Assembly: GCA_963769515.1 (NCBI GenBank)
Contig: CAVYMG010000015.1
Coordinates: forward strand, 3,450 to 67,449
DNA from: an uncultured Actinomycetota bacterium
GTDB lineage: Bacteria > Actinomycetota > Actinomycetes > Actinomycetales > Micrococcaceae
Direction of reading: 5' to 3'
Length of the DNA stretch: 64,000 bases
Of this stretch, positions 46,901-55,235 are shown one piece after another (positions within the stretch are counted from its first letter, which is position 1; each line of letters opens with the position of its first letter). The notes under the pieces are model-generated. The model was not told where the DNA came from, did no database searches, and worked only from the letters and a program-made list of their open reading frames with translations. The position numbers and the translations under genes are program-made.

Positions 46901-47455
46901 TCCGAGCGGGAGTACGCGGCGCTGGAGCGCGCCACGGCGTCTGACGCTGCGGCCTGGTCCGAGGAATTCGGCACCGCCAAGGATGTCAGCGGTCTCAGCG
47001 CGGAACGCAACATCTTCCGGTACCGTCCGTTGCCCGTCACTATCCGTCTCGCCGAAGGCGAACCGCTCGCGCACCTGGCCCGGACCGTCACCGCAGGCGT
47101 CCTGGCCGGATCCGCCGTGACCGTCTCCACTGCCGCTGAACTTTCCGCCGCGCTAGGCAACATCCTCTCCGGTCTGGGCATCACCGTCACGGTGGAGTCC
47201 GACGCCGCCTGGCTGGCATCCGCCCGCAGGCTCGCCGGCGACGGCAAGCTCTCCGGGGCACGGATCCGGTTGATCGGCGGAGACGTCACCGCCCTCGCCG
47301 ACGCCACTGGCGGACGCCCGGACGTAGCGTTTTACCCCCACCCCGTTACGGAAGCCGGCCGTGTGGAAATGCTGCCGTTCCTGCACGAGCAGGCCGTCAG
47401 CATCACGGCGCACCGTTTCGGAACGCCCAACCACCTCTCGGACGCCGTGGTCTAA
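43973..47455 (+). CDS. putA: Bifunctional proline dehydrogenase / P5C dehydrogenase
   Basis: INLDMEEY, VRVVKGANL, YLIRRLEE; aldehyde dehydrogenase motifs PPWNFP, AETSGKN, GQKCSA, EFFGP. Confidence 0.95.
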   Translation: MSAMSNMSTKSGVVDAAEVLESTALAEETIGLVRRWLTEASAVPVDASAAQLAGVLKDPNGLDFTVGFVDGVVRPEDLHVAARNLAALAPKVPAFLPWYMRSAVRIGGTMAPVLPHVVIPIARRVLREMVGHLIVDATDAKLGPAIAKIRKDGINLNVNLLGEAVLGEREASRRLEGTHTLLARPDVDYVSIKVSSTVAPHSPWAFDEAVEHVVAKLTPLFTRAASFPKAKFINLDMEEYKDLDMTIAVFTRILDKPEFKNLEAGIVLQAYLPDALSAMIRLQDWAAARRADGGAAIKVRVVKGANLPMEQVEASLHDWPLATWGTKQDSDTSYKSVINYSLHPERISNVRIGVAGHNLFDIAFAWLLAGKRGVRSGIEFEMLLGMAQGQAEAVKKDVGSLLLYTPVVHPAEFDVAIAYLIRRLEEGASQDNFMSAVFELSENESLFEREKQRFLASLENLDDSVPAPNRRQDRRLPAEPMPRNSFKNTPDTDPSLPANRAWGRAILDRVPGSSLGNAAVEAATITDEATLNAVIGTAVEKGKAWGAMTGAERAAILHRAGDVLESRRADLLEVMASETGKTLDQGDPEVSEAVDFAHYYAESARKLDDVDGATFTPAKLTVVTPPWNFPVAIPAGSALAALAAGSAVVIKPAKQARRSGAVMVEALWEAGVPKGVLTMVQLGERELGTQLISHPAVDRVILTGGYETAELFRSFRQDLPLLAETSGKNAIIVTPSADLDLAAKDVAYSAFGHAGQKCSAASLVILVGSVATSRRFHHQLLDAVTSLRVGYPEDPRSQMGPIIEPANGKLLSALTTLGEGETWAVEPKKLDRTGRLWSPGVRYGVKRGSYFHLTEFFGPVLGVMTADTLEEAIAMQNQIEYGLTAGLHSLDTDELGVWLESIQAGNLYVNRGITGAIVQRQPFGGWKKSAVGAGTKAGGPNYLLGLGEWASKPSTATAAPAHSGVRRIVEAVRGIVSEREYAALERATASDAAAWSEEFGTAKDVSGLSAERNIFRYRPLPVTIRLAEGEPLAHLARTVTAGVLAGSAVTVSTAAELSAALGNILSGLGITVTVESDAAWLASARRLAGDGKLSGARIRLIGGDVTALADATGGRPDVAFYPHPVTEAGRVEMLPFLHEQAVSITAHRFGTPNHLSDAVV

Positions 47456-47493
47456 GGGCTGTCACCCGGATCCCCGCCTGGATCCCCGCACGG

Positions 47494-47536
47494 CGATCGC
47501 CGCCGCCCGCACCTTGGGTGCAGGCGGCGGCGATCG
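47494..47536. terminator. Hairpin between convergent genes
   Basis: CGATCGCCGCCGCCCGCACC / GGTGCAGGCGGCGGCGATCG. Confidence 0.65.
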
Positions 47537-47554
47537 TTCGTTAACGGGGTGTAC

Positions 47555-47914
47555 TCAGCCGAAGTACCAGCCGGGCGGCACCCAGGACGCGGGCACGGCG
47601 TGGGCCGAGTAGTCTTCGCAGCCGGAGCAGAAGTACGTGACCTCGCCCAGCTTGCTGACGGATCCGTCCCTGCGGTGTGCTGCGGGGACGAAGGACTCCA
47701 GGTAGATGAAATCGTCCGTGCCGCAATGCTCGCAGTACGGGCTTCCGACGTAATCGCCGTCCGCCAGAGGAACATGGTGGATGGTTGTGCGTCCCCGCGC
47801 CGGGTGCTTCACGGCCGTGCCGCGCGGAACCGGTGGCGTCACCGGATGTGCGGTCTTCAGTGCATGGACGGGACGGACATGTGGAACATGCGGTCGTTCT
47901 GTGGCTGGCAACAT
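47555..47914 (-). CDS. Small hypothetical protein with two CxxC motifs (zinc-ribbon-like)
   Basis: YCEHCG and YFCSGC, W-rich C-terminus; start uncertain. Confidence 0.6.
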   Translation of the reverse strand: MLPATERPHVPHVRPVHALKTAHPVTPPVPRGTAVKHPARGRTTIHHVPLADGDYVGSPYCEHCGTDDFIYLESFVPAAHRRDGSVSKLGEVTYFCSGCEDYSAHAVPASWVPPGWYFG

Positions 47915-48214
47915 TGACGGCCTATCCCGAGCGCCCCCGCACTCAACTATCTGGAATTAGCAGGGACGTAGCTCGTAATCGAATCCTACATTTTGGGCCT
48001 CTGCTTGACCTCTTCGTTATGTCAGGATAAAGGAAGGTCACACTTCTATCAATGCCCGCGTAGGTACCGGTTCCGCGTAGGTATTGCCGTCCGCGTAGGT
48101 AGCAGGGACGGGCAGGTACCGGGTCGGCAACTGCCCGGCGCGGAGACCGTCCTGGCGCTGCGTGGACGGTACCTGTTCCGCGGAGGAAGCCGCGGCGCAG
48201 GCACCGTCCGGACA

Positions 48215-49396
48215 CTACCGAGCCGATGCGGCAGGCGCGCCGACCAGCGGAGAATGCGGGTACTCGGGCCCGCGCTGCTGGAACTGCAGCACGTCCGGAT
48301 TAAGGACCACTCCGTTGCGAATCTCGATCGCACGCCGGATCGTCTCGTTCCCGGCCCAGGCATCCGGGCCGCTGATGACGGTTTCCAGGAACGGCAGCAA
48401 CGCTTCGCTGATTTCCCAGCTGGCGGAATTCCAGAGATAGGACGGGCTGTGGTCCACCGCGTAGTAATTGATGTGCTCGCCCACCGTGAACATCGGCTCT
48501 GCGAACGTGGTGGACTTCGCCCAACTGAAGCCCATACCTTCGTCGCAGGAGACGTCCACGATCAGGCTGCCGGGCCGGAACGCGGCGAGATCCTCTTCGC
48601 GCAGGTAGGTCAACGGCGCATTGGGGTCCTGCAGAGTGCAGTTGACCACGATGTCACTCCCGGCGAGGAAGGGTGCCAGCGGCACGCGCCCGCGTTCGGT
48701 GATGACCTCGCTCAGGAACGGGGCCTGGTCGTCATGGTCGAACTGGGCGATCCGCACCGAGTGGATCGGCGAACCCACCGCGGCAACACCGCGGTTGGTC
48801 AGCACCTGCACGTCGTGGATGCCGTGTGCGTTGAGCGCCGTGACGGCGCCGCGGGCCGTAGCGCCGAAACCAATGACGACGGCGCTTAGCCGGCGGCCGT
48901 AGTCCCCGGTGGCCCCGGTCAAAGCCAGGGAATGCAGCACCGAACAGTAGCCGGCGAGTTCGTTGTTCTTGTGGAACACGTGCAGGCCGAAGCCGCCGTC
49001 GCTGGCCCAGTGGTTCATCGCCTCAAAGGCAATCAGCGTCAGCTTCTTCTCGATCGCCAGCTGGGTGATGGCCCGGTCCTGGACGCAGTGCGGCCAACCC
49101 CAGAGGATCTGCCCGTCACGGAGCTCGGCGAGGTCCTCGGGCTGCGGTTTGGGCAGCAGGACGACGTCGGCCTCTGCCAGCAGCTGAGCCCGCGGGACGA
49201 TTCGTCCCACCAGCGGGGCCAGATTTGCGTCGGAGACGCCGAAACGCTCGCCGTAGCCTTCCTCCAGGATCAGCCGAGGCCGGAGGTCCGGCGAGATGCG
49301 GTCCAGATGGAGGGGGTGGATGGGGAGCCGTAACTCATCCGTTTTCCGGGTGGAGGCCAGGACACCCAGGGTGAGGTGGTTCGGTGCCCCGGTCAT
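48215..49396 (-). CDS. ceo: N5-(carboxyethyl)ornithine synthase-like protein (AlaDH/PNT superfamily)
   Basis: ELRLPIHP, EEGYGERFG, WGWPHCVQ, ELAGYCSVLH, IGFGATARGA, YYAVDHSPS. Confidence 0.75.
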   Translation of the reverse strand: MTGAPNHLTLGVLASTRKTDELRLPIHPLHLDRISPDLRPRLILEEGYGERFGVSDANLAPLVGRIVPRAQLLAEADVVLLPKPQPEDLAELRDGQILWGWPHCVQDRAITQLAIEKKLTLIAFEAMNHWASDGGFGLHVFHKNNELAGYCSVLHSLALTGATGDYGRRLSAVVIGFGATARGAVTALNAHGIHDVQVLTNRGVAAVGSPIHSVRIAQFDHDDQAPFLSEVITERGRVPLAPFLAGSDIVVNCTLQDPNAPLTYLREEDLAAFRPGSLIVDVSCDEGMGFSWAKSTTFAEPMFTVGEHINYYAVDHSPSYLWNSASWEISEALLPFLETVISGPDAWAGNETIRRAIEIRNGVVLNPDVLQFQQRGPEYPHSPLVGAPAASAR

Positions 49397-49542
49397 TTCT
49401 TCTTAGGACTCGCAGGCTTGGACGCGGTGGCCTTGTCCATGGAGCTTGGCGGGGCGGCCGCGGACCGCTTGTCGGCGCGCTTTTCCTTGAGGGATTTGCC
49501 GGATTTCTTGGATGCTGCTTGACGGGGGGACTTGTCAGCCAT
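49393..49542 (-). CDS. Small Lys/Ser/Ala-rich basic protein (49 aa)
   Basis: AGGAG RBS; MADKSPRQAASKKSGKSLKEKRADKR...; stop overlaps the ceo ATG (ATGA). Confidence 0.65.
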   Translation of the reverse strand: MADKSPRQAASKKSGKSLKEKRADKRSAAAPPSSMDKATASKPASPKKK

Positions 49543-49643
49543 GATCGCTCCTGTAGCGGAACCGAAGGGGTTCCTGACTTCGAACACTACAGGGATGAAC
49601 CTAATGGCTTCCGGTGGGGCGCCGGGCGGAAAGTGCGGGCGAC

Positions 49644-49717
49644 TGGAGCGGCTGACGGGAATCGAACCCGCGTATCAAGCTTGGGAAGCTAGCGCTCTAC
49701 CATTGAGCTACAGCCGC
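49644..49717 (-). tRNA. tRNA-Gly (CCC)
   Basis: GCGGCTG/CAGCCGC acceptor stem, GCTC-AATGGTA-GAGC D arm, TTCCCAA anticodon loop, GGTTCGATTCC T arm, encoded CCA. Confidence 0.96.
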
Positions 49718-49890
49718 AGAGGGACGTCTCCGGGAAACGCTCAAAGCACCGGTCTGTCCAACGACTTCATACACTACCGCAGTCTCGCGGCGCCTTCGAA
49801 CACCCCGCGTGGTTTCGTTCGCAGCCGGCGCGTTCCCGGTCACCGCCCTGCAGGCGCAACCAACGATTCTGCCGGGTTTCCCGCGTGCAA

Positions 49891-49928
49891 CCGGCACCAG
49901 TCCGGCACCAGCCCGGCACCAGCCCGGC
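49891..49928. repeat. 11-bp tandem repeat, about 3.5 copies
   Basis: CCGGCACCAGT CCGGCACCAGC CCGGCACCAGC CCGGC. Confidence 0.7.
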
Positions 49929-50348
49929 GGTCCCCGCCGGCCTGCTGTTCCGGCCTGCTGGAACTCCGGATCAGCCCGCTGCGGAACAGGTAGTTGAGTC
50001 TCGGCTATACGTAATTCCGTCGAGTAGTTACCCATTTGAGATGAATTGCTGCGGGTGGTGGACGAAATCAAGAGGGGTAGCGCCCACTCGTGTGCATGGA
50101 GCGGGCATCCAATGTACTGGGGACACGACAGCTCACCGACTCACTAGAAGGTCTCACTATGTATGAGGAGCAGTTGCTGGCGGTCCACTCCGCGTTGGTT
50201 CCAACGGGTGGCGGCTTCCAGCAGAACACACAAGCCCAGGGCCGCCCTACGGCGCAATGGCCGGCGTGTGGCTGGGGCGTCCAGGGCCGGCGTATGAATG
50301 ACTGGGCACACCCGTGCAGTCAATCCGCGGCAGCAGCCGGAGTCGAGC

Positions 50349-51920
50349 ATGAGTAGCCTGCGGCAACGCCCCTCTGTCAACGCCGGGACCCACGCAACGG
50401 CACCGGACATGGCATGGCCGCGTCCGCAGACGAAGCCCAGGCACTCCGTATGGGACGACGGATCCCGCACACGAACTGCCGGAACGCGCACCTCAACTGC
50501 CGTCCGGTGGACGGATTACGCCAACCGGCTGCGCCTGACTGACGCCGCCGTCGTCGCGATTTCCATCGCGTGCGCCTACCTGGTGCGGTTCGGCGCAGAT
50601 GCTCAGGGAACGGGTAGCCAGCACTTCGAGGCCCGGTACCTCTGGGTCTCAGGTCTTATGATCGCAGCCTGGATCGCCGCCCTGGAGATATACCGGACCC
50701 GCGACGGGCGGACCTTCGGCGTCGGCGCCGATGAATACAAGCGCGTGGCACAGGCCACCCTGAAACTGTTCGGCGCCCTGGCCATAGCGATGGTTCTCCT
50801 GGGCCTTGACGTCGTCCGCGGCTATTTCGCCATTGCACTGCCTCTGGGCCTTCTGCTCCTGTGCGGAAACCGCTGGTTGTGGCGGAAGTGGTTGAACCGG
50901 CAGCGCAGGAGCGGTCAGTACCTCTCCAAGGTCATCGTCATCGGCAACCCTTCGGACGTCGAGTACGTGGTTAATCAGATCTCCGGAAACCCCTGCGTCG
51001 GATACCAGGTTTCCGGCGTTGCTTTATCGACGCTGCAGGAGTCCATGGAGCTGAAACCGCCGTGGTACCGCATTCCGGTGCTGTCCACGTTGGCAGACGT
51101 ATCGCGGATGGTGGCTGTGACCGGGGCCGACGCCGTCATCGTCGCGGGGCAGGTACCTGGCGGCAGCAAGTACATCCGGGAGCTCGGATGGAGGCTGGAG
51201 GAAACCGGTACGGAGCTCGTGCTGGCCTCCACCCTCACGAACGTTGCCGGGCCCAGGATCCACTGGCGGCAAGTCGAGGGACTGCCCCTCGTTCATGTGG
51301 AGCTCCCTCAATATGCCGGCGGCAAGCATGTCCTGAAGCGCGCTGTCGACATCCTGGTCTCGGCAACGGCACTCCTGGTCCTGTCACCGCTGATGCTTGC
51401 GCTCGCCGTCATCGTCAAACGTGACAGCACAGGGCCGGTCATTTTTCGGCAGGAACGGGTAGGCCGAAACGGCGTCCCCTTCCACATGCTGAAATTCCGC
51501 TCGATGGCGCAAAACGCTGAAGAAGACCTGGAATCCCTGCTCGAACGCAACGAAGGTTCCGGTCCGCTCTTCAAGATCCGCAACGACCCGAGGGTGACCG
51601 CATGCGGTCGCTGGATGCGCAAGTACTCACTGGACGAGCTGCCCCAGTTCTGGAACGTCCTTGTGGGCGAAATGAGCCTGGTCGGGCCGCGCCCGCCCCT
51701 GCACCAGGAGGTCCAGGAATACGAGCATTTCACCAACCGACGGCTGCTTATTAAGCCAGGCATCACCGGATTGTGGCAGATCAACGGACGGTCCAACCTT
51801 CCGTGGGAAGAGAGCATCCGGCTCGATCTCTATTACGTCGAAAACTGGTCCCTCACCGGTGACTTGATGATCATGTGGCGGACCTTCCGGGCCATGCGCA
51901 GCCCGGTCGGCGCTTTTTAA
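50349..51920 (+). CDS. Priming polyprenyl-phosphate glycosylphosphotransferase (WcaJ/WbaP-like sugar transferase)
   Basis: N-terminal TMs; KRAVDI, FRQERVG, KFRSM, DPRVT, SLDELPQF, SLVGPRP, KPGITGLWQ; start could be 50298. Confidence 0.93.
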   Translation: MSSLRQRPSVNAGTHATAPDMAWPRPQTKPRHSVWDDGSRTRTAGTRTSTAVRWTDYANRLRLTDAAVVAISIACAYLVRFGADAQGTGSQHFEARYLWVSGLMIAAWIAALEIYRTRDGRTFGVGADEYKRVAQATLKLFGALAIAMVLLGLDVVRGYFAIALPLGLLLLCGNRWLWRKWLNRQRRSGQYLSKVIVIGNPSDVEYVVNQISGNPCVGYQVSGVALSTLQESMELKPPWYRIPVLSTLADVSRMVAVTGADAVIVAGQVPGGSKYIRELGWRLEETGTELVLASTLTNVAGPRIHWRQVEGLPLVHVELPQYAGGKHVLKRAVDILVSATALLVLSPLMLALAVIVKRDSTGPVIFRQERVGRNGVPFHMLKFRSMAQNAEEDLESLLERNEGSGPLFKIRNDPRVTACGRWMRKYSLDELPQFWNVLVGEMSLVGPRPPLHQEVQEYEHFTNRRLLIKPGITGLWQINGRSNLPWEESIRLDLYYVENWSLTGDLMIMWRTFRAMRSPVGAF

Positions 51921-51929
51921 GGAGATGTC

Positions 51930-52388
51930 ATGAAACAGCGGATCGGATACGCAGCAGGGGCCTTCGACTTGTTCCATGTCGGCCACCTGAATTTGCTCCG
52001 CCATGCGCGGATGCAATGCGATTTCCTCATTGCCGGAGTGGTCGCGGATGAACTCTTAGTGGAGGCGAAAGGCCGGCCGCCGGTCATTCCGTTGGCGGAG
52101 CGCCTGGAAATCGTCAGAAGCATCAAATACGTCGATGAAGCAATTGCTGAAGTCCTGCCCAGCAAGGTCGAGACCTGGCAATCCCACCCCTTTGACGTTT
52201 TCTTCAAAGGCGACGACTGGAGGGGGACGCCAAAGGGCCAGCGGCTGGAACAGGACTTCGCAGCCGTCGGAGTGGACGTGGTCTATTTTCCCTACACAAT
52301 GCACACCTCCAGCACCGCCCTGCGGCGGACGCTCGAACTCCTGAACTCTGAACATCACGAAAAATCCACACGCCACAGCCTGCCTTGA
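51930..52388 (+). CDS. Cytidylyltransferase, TagD-like (polyol-phosphate)
   Basis: GAFDLFHVGHL (HxGH), KGDDW, HTSST. Confidence 0.85.
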   Translation: MKQRIGYAAGAFDLFHVGHLNLLRHARMQCDFLIAGVVADELLVEAKGRPPVIPLAERLEIVRSIKYVDEAIAEVLPSKVETWQSHPFDVFFKGDDWRGTPKGQRLEQDFAAVGVDVVYFPYTMHTSSTALRRTLELLNSEHHEKSTRHSLP

Positions 52389-52456
52389 CGGCAACGGGCC
52401 GGGGCTGAACCGGTCTCAGCAGGGTCTCATCATGAATACGCACGGGGGGTTACACA

Positions 52457-53662
52457 ATGAAACAACAGAGGTCTCATCATCGCGCGCTGCGCATCGCACT
52501 GGTTGGAACCAGGGGCGTGCCCGCGCACTACGGCGGGTTTGAAACGTGTGTGGAGGAAGTCGGGCGCCGGCTCGTCCAACGCGGCCACGAAGTCATCGTC
52601 TACTGCCGGGCCGGCAACGCCACGGGCAAGCGACTGACGGACTACCAGGGCATGCAACTGGTCCAGCTGCCGGCTCTCCGGCGTCGCTCGTTGGAGACGT
52701 TAAGCCACACAGGACTGTCGGTAGCACACCTGATGGCGCATCGCACGGACGCCGCAGTTGTCTTCAATGCCGCCAACGCTCCGTGGCTGCCACTGTTGCG
52801 GCTGGCGAAGATCCCCGTGGCGACACACATGGACGGGCTCGAATGGAAGCGGGCCAAGTGGGGCCCGGTCGGCAAACAGTACTACCGCTGGGCGGAAAGC
52901 TTTTCAGTCCGCGCTTCGAACGCGCTGATCGCCGATGCGGCAGGAATCCGCGACTATTACCGGAGCAGGTTTGACGCCGCGACCGAACTGATCACGTACG
53001 GCGCCCCGATCCTGGAGCCGCGGGAACCCAAGCTCCTGTCCACGGTGGGGCTGGAATCCGGCAAGTACCATCTCGTGGTCGCCCGCCTGGAACCCGAGAA
53101 CCACGTCCACATGATTGTTGAAGGTTACGTCCGCAGCGGCGCCAAGCTGCCGCTGGTGGTTGTTGGTTCCACGCCCTATGGTCACGAATACAACTCACAG
53201 GTCCAGGCCGCTGCCGACAGCCGGGTGCTATTCCTCGGCGGGGTGTGGGACCAAGACCTGCTGGACGAGCTCTACGCCAATGCCGCCGTGTACTGGCACG
53301 GGCACTCCGTCGGCGGCACAAATCCCTCGCTGCTGCGTGCTATCGGAGCCGGTGCCGCGACTAACGCGTTTGACGTGAACTTCAACCGGGAGGTGCTCGG
53401 GTTCTCCGGCAGGTACTTCCGGAACGCGGACGATGTCGCACGCCTCGTCGAAGACGCAGAGTCTCATCCTGATGTCAGCACGGCCAGGGGAGACATGGCC
53501 CGGCAAATCGCCGCGCGGTACGACTGGGATCTTGTGGCCGCCCGCTATGAACAGCTGTGCTACGCGCTCGCAGACCGGACACTCACCAATCCGCGTGCGG
53601 AACGGGGCGAAAACCGGCCGTCCGCTGTTCGTGCCGCGGACGAGAGCCGGGTTGCGTCATGA
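52457..53662 (+). CDS. Glycosyltransferase family 4 (DUF1972 type)
   Basis: GTRGVPAHYGGFET, DGLEWKRAKW, ARLEPEN, GHSVGGTNPSLL. Confidence 0.88.
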   Translation: MKQQRSHHRALRIALVGTRGVPAHYGGFETCVEEVGRRLVQRGHEVIVYCRAGNATGKRLTDYQGMQLVQLPALRRRSLETLSHTGLSVAHLMAHRTDAAVVFNAANAPWLPLLRLAKIPVATHMDGLEWKRAKWGPVGKQYYRWAESFSVRASNALIADAAGIRDYYRSRFDAATELITYGAPILEPREPKLLSTVGLESGKYHLVVARLEPENHVHMIVEGYVRSGAKLPLVVVGSTPYGHEYNSQVQAAADSRVLFLGGVWDQDLLDELYANAAVYWHGHSVGGTNPSLLRAIGAGAATNAFDVNFNREVLGFSGRYFRNADDVARLVEDAESHPDVSTARGDMARQIAARYDWDLVAARYEQLCYALADRTLTNPRAERGENRPSAVRAADESRVAS

Positions 53663-54453
53663 GCGTCAGCGGAGCACATTCGGCCCGGTTATCCCGGCCG
53701 GCGGAGAGCTACCTCGAGACCGTGGCATCATTGTCTGCCGCGCAGAAAACGGTTGCGGGCGGGGCCCCGCCGTACTCGGTGTACGTGAACCGCCGGGCAG
53801 GACGCTACGTTGCGGCGGCCGCATACCGGGCTGGGCTGACACCCAACCAGGTCACTGCCCTTAGCGCCGGGTTCACGTTTACCGGCATTCTCCTGCTGGC
53901 GCTGGCCGAGCCGCGCTGGTGGGTCGGGCTGCTCGTCTGGATGGCGCTGGCCATTGGATACATTTTTGATTCCGCAGACGGCCAGCTTGCGCGACTTCGC
54001 GGAGGTGGATCCGTGGCCGGGGAATGGCTCGATCACGTCGTGGACAGCACCAAGATCGTCACTCTCCATTTGGCAGTCCTGGTTCTTGCTTACCGGCACA
54101 TACCGCTGCCCGCCGAGGGCTGGCTGCTCATCCCCATCGGGTACGCCATCGTCGGGACCGTCGCGTTTTTCGCCATGATCCTCAACGACCAACTCAAGGC
54201 AGTGGTGCTCCTCAAGTCCGGTCTCCCGGCGGCGAAGCGAGGGGGTTCAGCGATCAAATCCTTGCTGTTGGTACCTACCGATTACGGGGTCCTGTGCCTG
54301 TTGTTCCTTCTGCTGGGACTCCCCGGTGTCTTCTTCGTTGGCTATGCATTGTTTTTTGTCGCGAACACCGCCCACCTCTCCCTGGCATTGACCCGGTGGT
54401 TCGGCGACATGAAGCGTCTCTCGGAAACTCCTACAGCCACAGGGCGGAGCTAG
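53659..54453 (+). CDS. CDP-alcohol phosphotransferase family protein
   Basis: TPNQVT and DSADGQLAR...GEWLDHVVD signature; ATGA overlap with the GT4 gene. Confidence 0.88.
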   Translation: MSVSGAHSARLSRPAESYLETVASLSAAQKTVAGGAPPYSVYVNRRAGRYVAAAAYRAGLTPNQVTALSAGFTFTGILLLALAEPRWWVGLLVWMALAIGYIFDSADGQLARLRGGGSVAGEWLDHVVDSTKIVTLHLAVLVLAYRHIPLPAEGWLLIPIGYAIVGTVAFFAMILNDQLKAVVLLKSGLPAAKRGGSAIKSLLLVPTDYGVLCLLFLLLGLPGVFFVGYALFFVANTAHLSLALTRWFGDMKRLSETPTATGRS

Positions 54454-54455
54454 TG

Positions 54456-55235
54456 ATGAAAATCCAGAGTCCGGTAACGGCGGCCTTCTTCGGCGACCGT
54501 AAGAGGCAGGTTCTCCTCGCGGCAGGGCTGACGGCAATAGTCCTCCTCGTCGTTGGCGGGATGTGGGCGCTCAGGTCCCCCGCGGCCAATGGCGGCCCGG
54601 ACGGGTCCGGTCTGGCGGCTGCTGCCGCCCAGTCTCCCGCAGCCGCCAGCACACCGTCGGCGCTGTCGAGTGATGCGCCAGCGCCGGCCGCAGATCCGGC
54701 GAGCCCGGCTGACCCTGCAGTTCCGCCCGTTCCATCTGCCCAGGCGCCCCAGCAGAACGACGCGCCGCCGGCGGCCACCAGTGGGCCGGCCGAGCAAGAG
54801 CTGGCGGCGACACCGCAGACGGTGGCCGCTCCGGTGGCGATCAGCGATGCTGCGGACCTGCAGGAAGGTGTTACCGCCACCATCAGCGGGCTTGAGGCCG
54901 TGGCAGGAGAAGCGGCCGGTCCCGGAGAGATTTCCGGACCGTCCATCCGGTTCGTCGTTACCGTCCACAACAAGTCCACCGAGGCCGTTTCGCTGGAAGG
55001 GGCATTCGTCAACGTCGAAGCGGGCGCCGACCGGATTCCGGCCCTGCAGCTGAGCGGCCCCGGTGCAACCAGATTCCAGCCAACGGTCGAAGCCGGCGCC
55101 TCGGCCTCGGCGGTGTATGTGTTCCTGCTCCCGCTGGATCAGCGGGATCAGGTTCAGATCTACCTGAATTACCAAGTTTCCGAACCCATAGCGGCCTTCA
55201 ATGGATCCGTTCCTTCGTCAGAAAGTACGTCATGA
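54456..55235 (+). CDS. Membrane-anchored Pro/Ala-rich protein with C-terminal Ig-like domain
   Basis: 3' part of ORF 54024-55235: one TM helix, Pro/Ala linker, beta-rich C-terminus; ATGA overlap with the next gene. Confidence 0.7.
   Translation: MKIQSPVTAAFFGDRKRQVLLAAGLTAIVLLVVGGMWALRSPAANGGPDGSGLAAAAAQSPAAASTPSALSSDAPAPAADPASPADPAVPPVPSAQAPQQNDAPPAATSGPAEQELAATPQTVAAPVAISDAADLQEGVTATISGLEAVAGEAAGPGEISGPSIRFVVTVHNKSTEAVSLEGAFVNVEAGADRIPALQLSGPGATRFQPTVEAGASASAVYVFLLPLDQRDQVQIYLNYQVSEPIAAFNGSVPSSESTS

Noticed and set aside
49697-50071. 124-aa minus-strand ORF and overlapping ORFs
   Set aside because: Low complexity, driven by the 11-bp repeat, and overlapping the tRNA 5' end
49644-50300. 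Integrated element at tRNA-Gly
   Set aside because: No integrase and no duplicated tRNA 3' end seen; the glycan locus lies on the 5' side. Older horizontal transfer cannot be excluded
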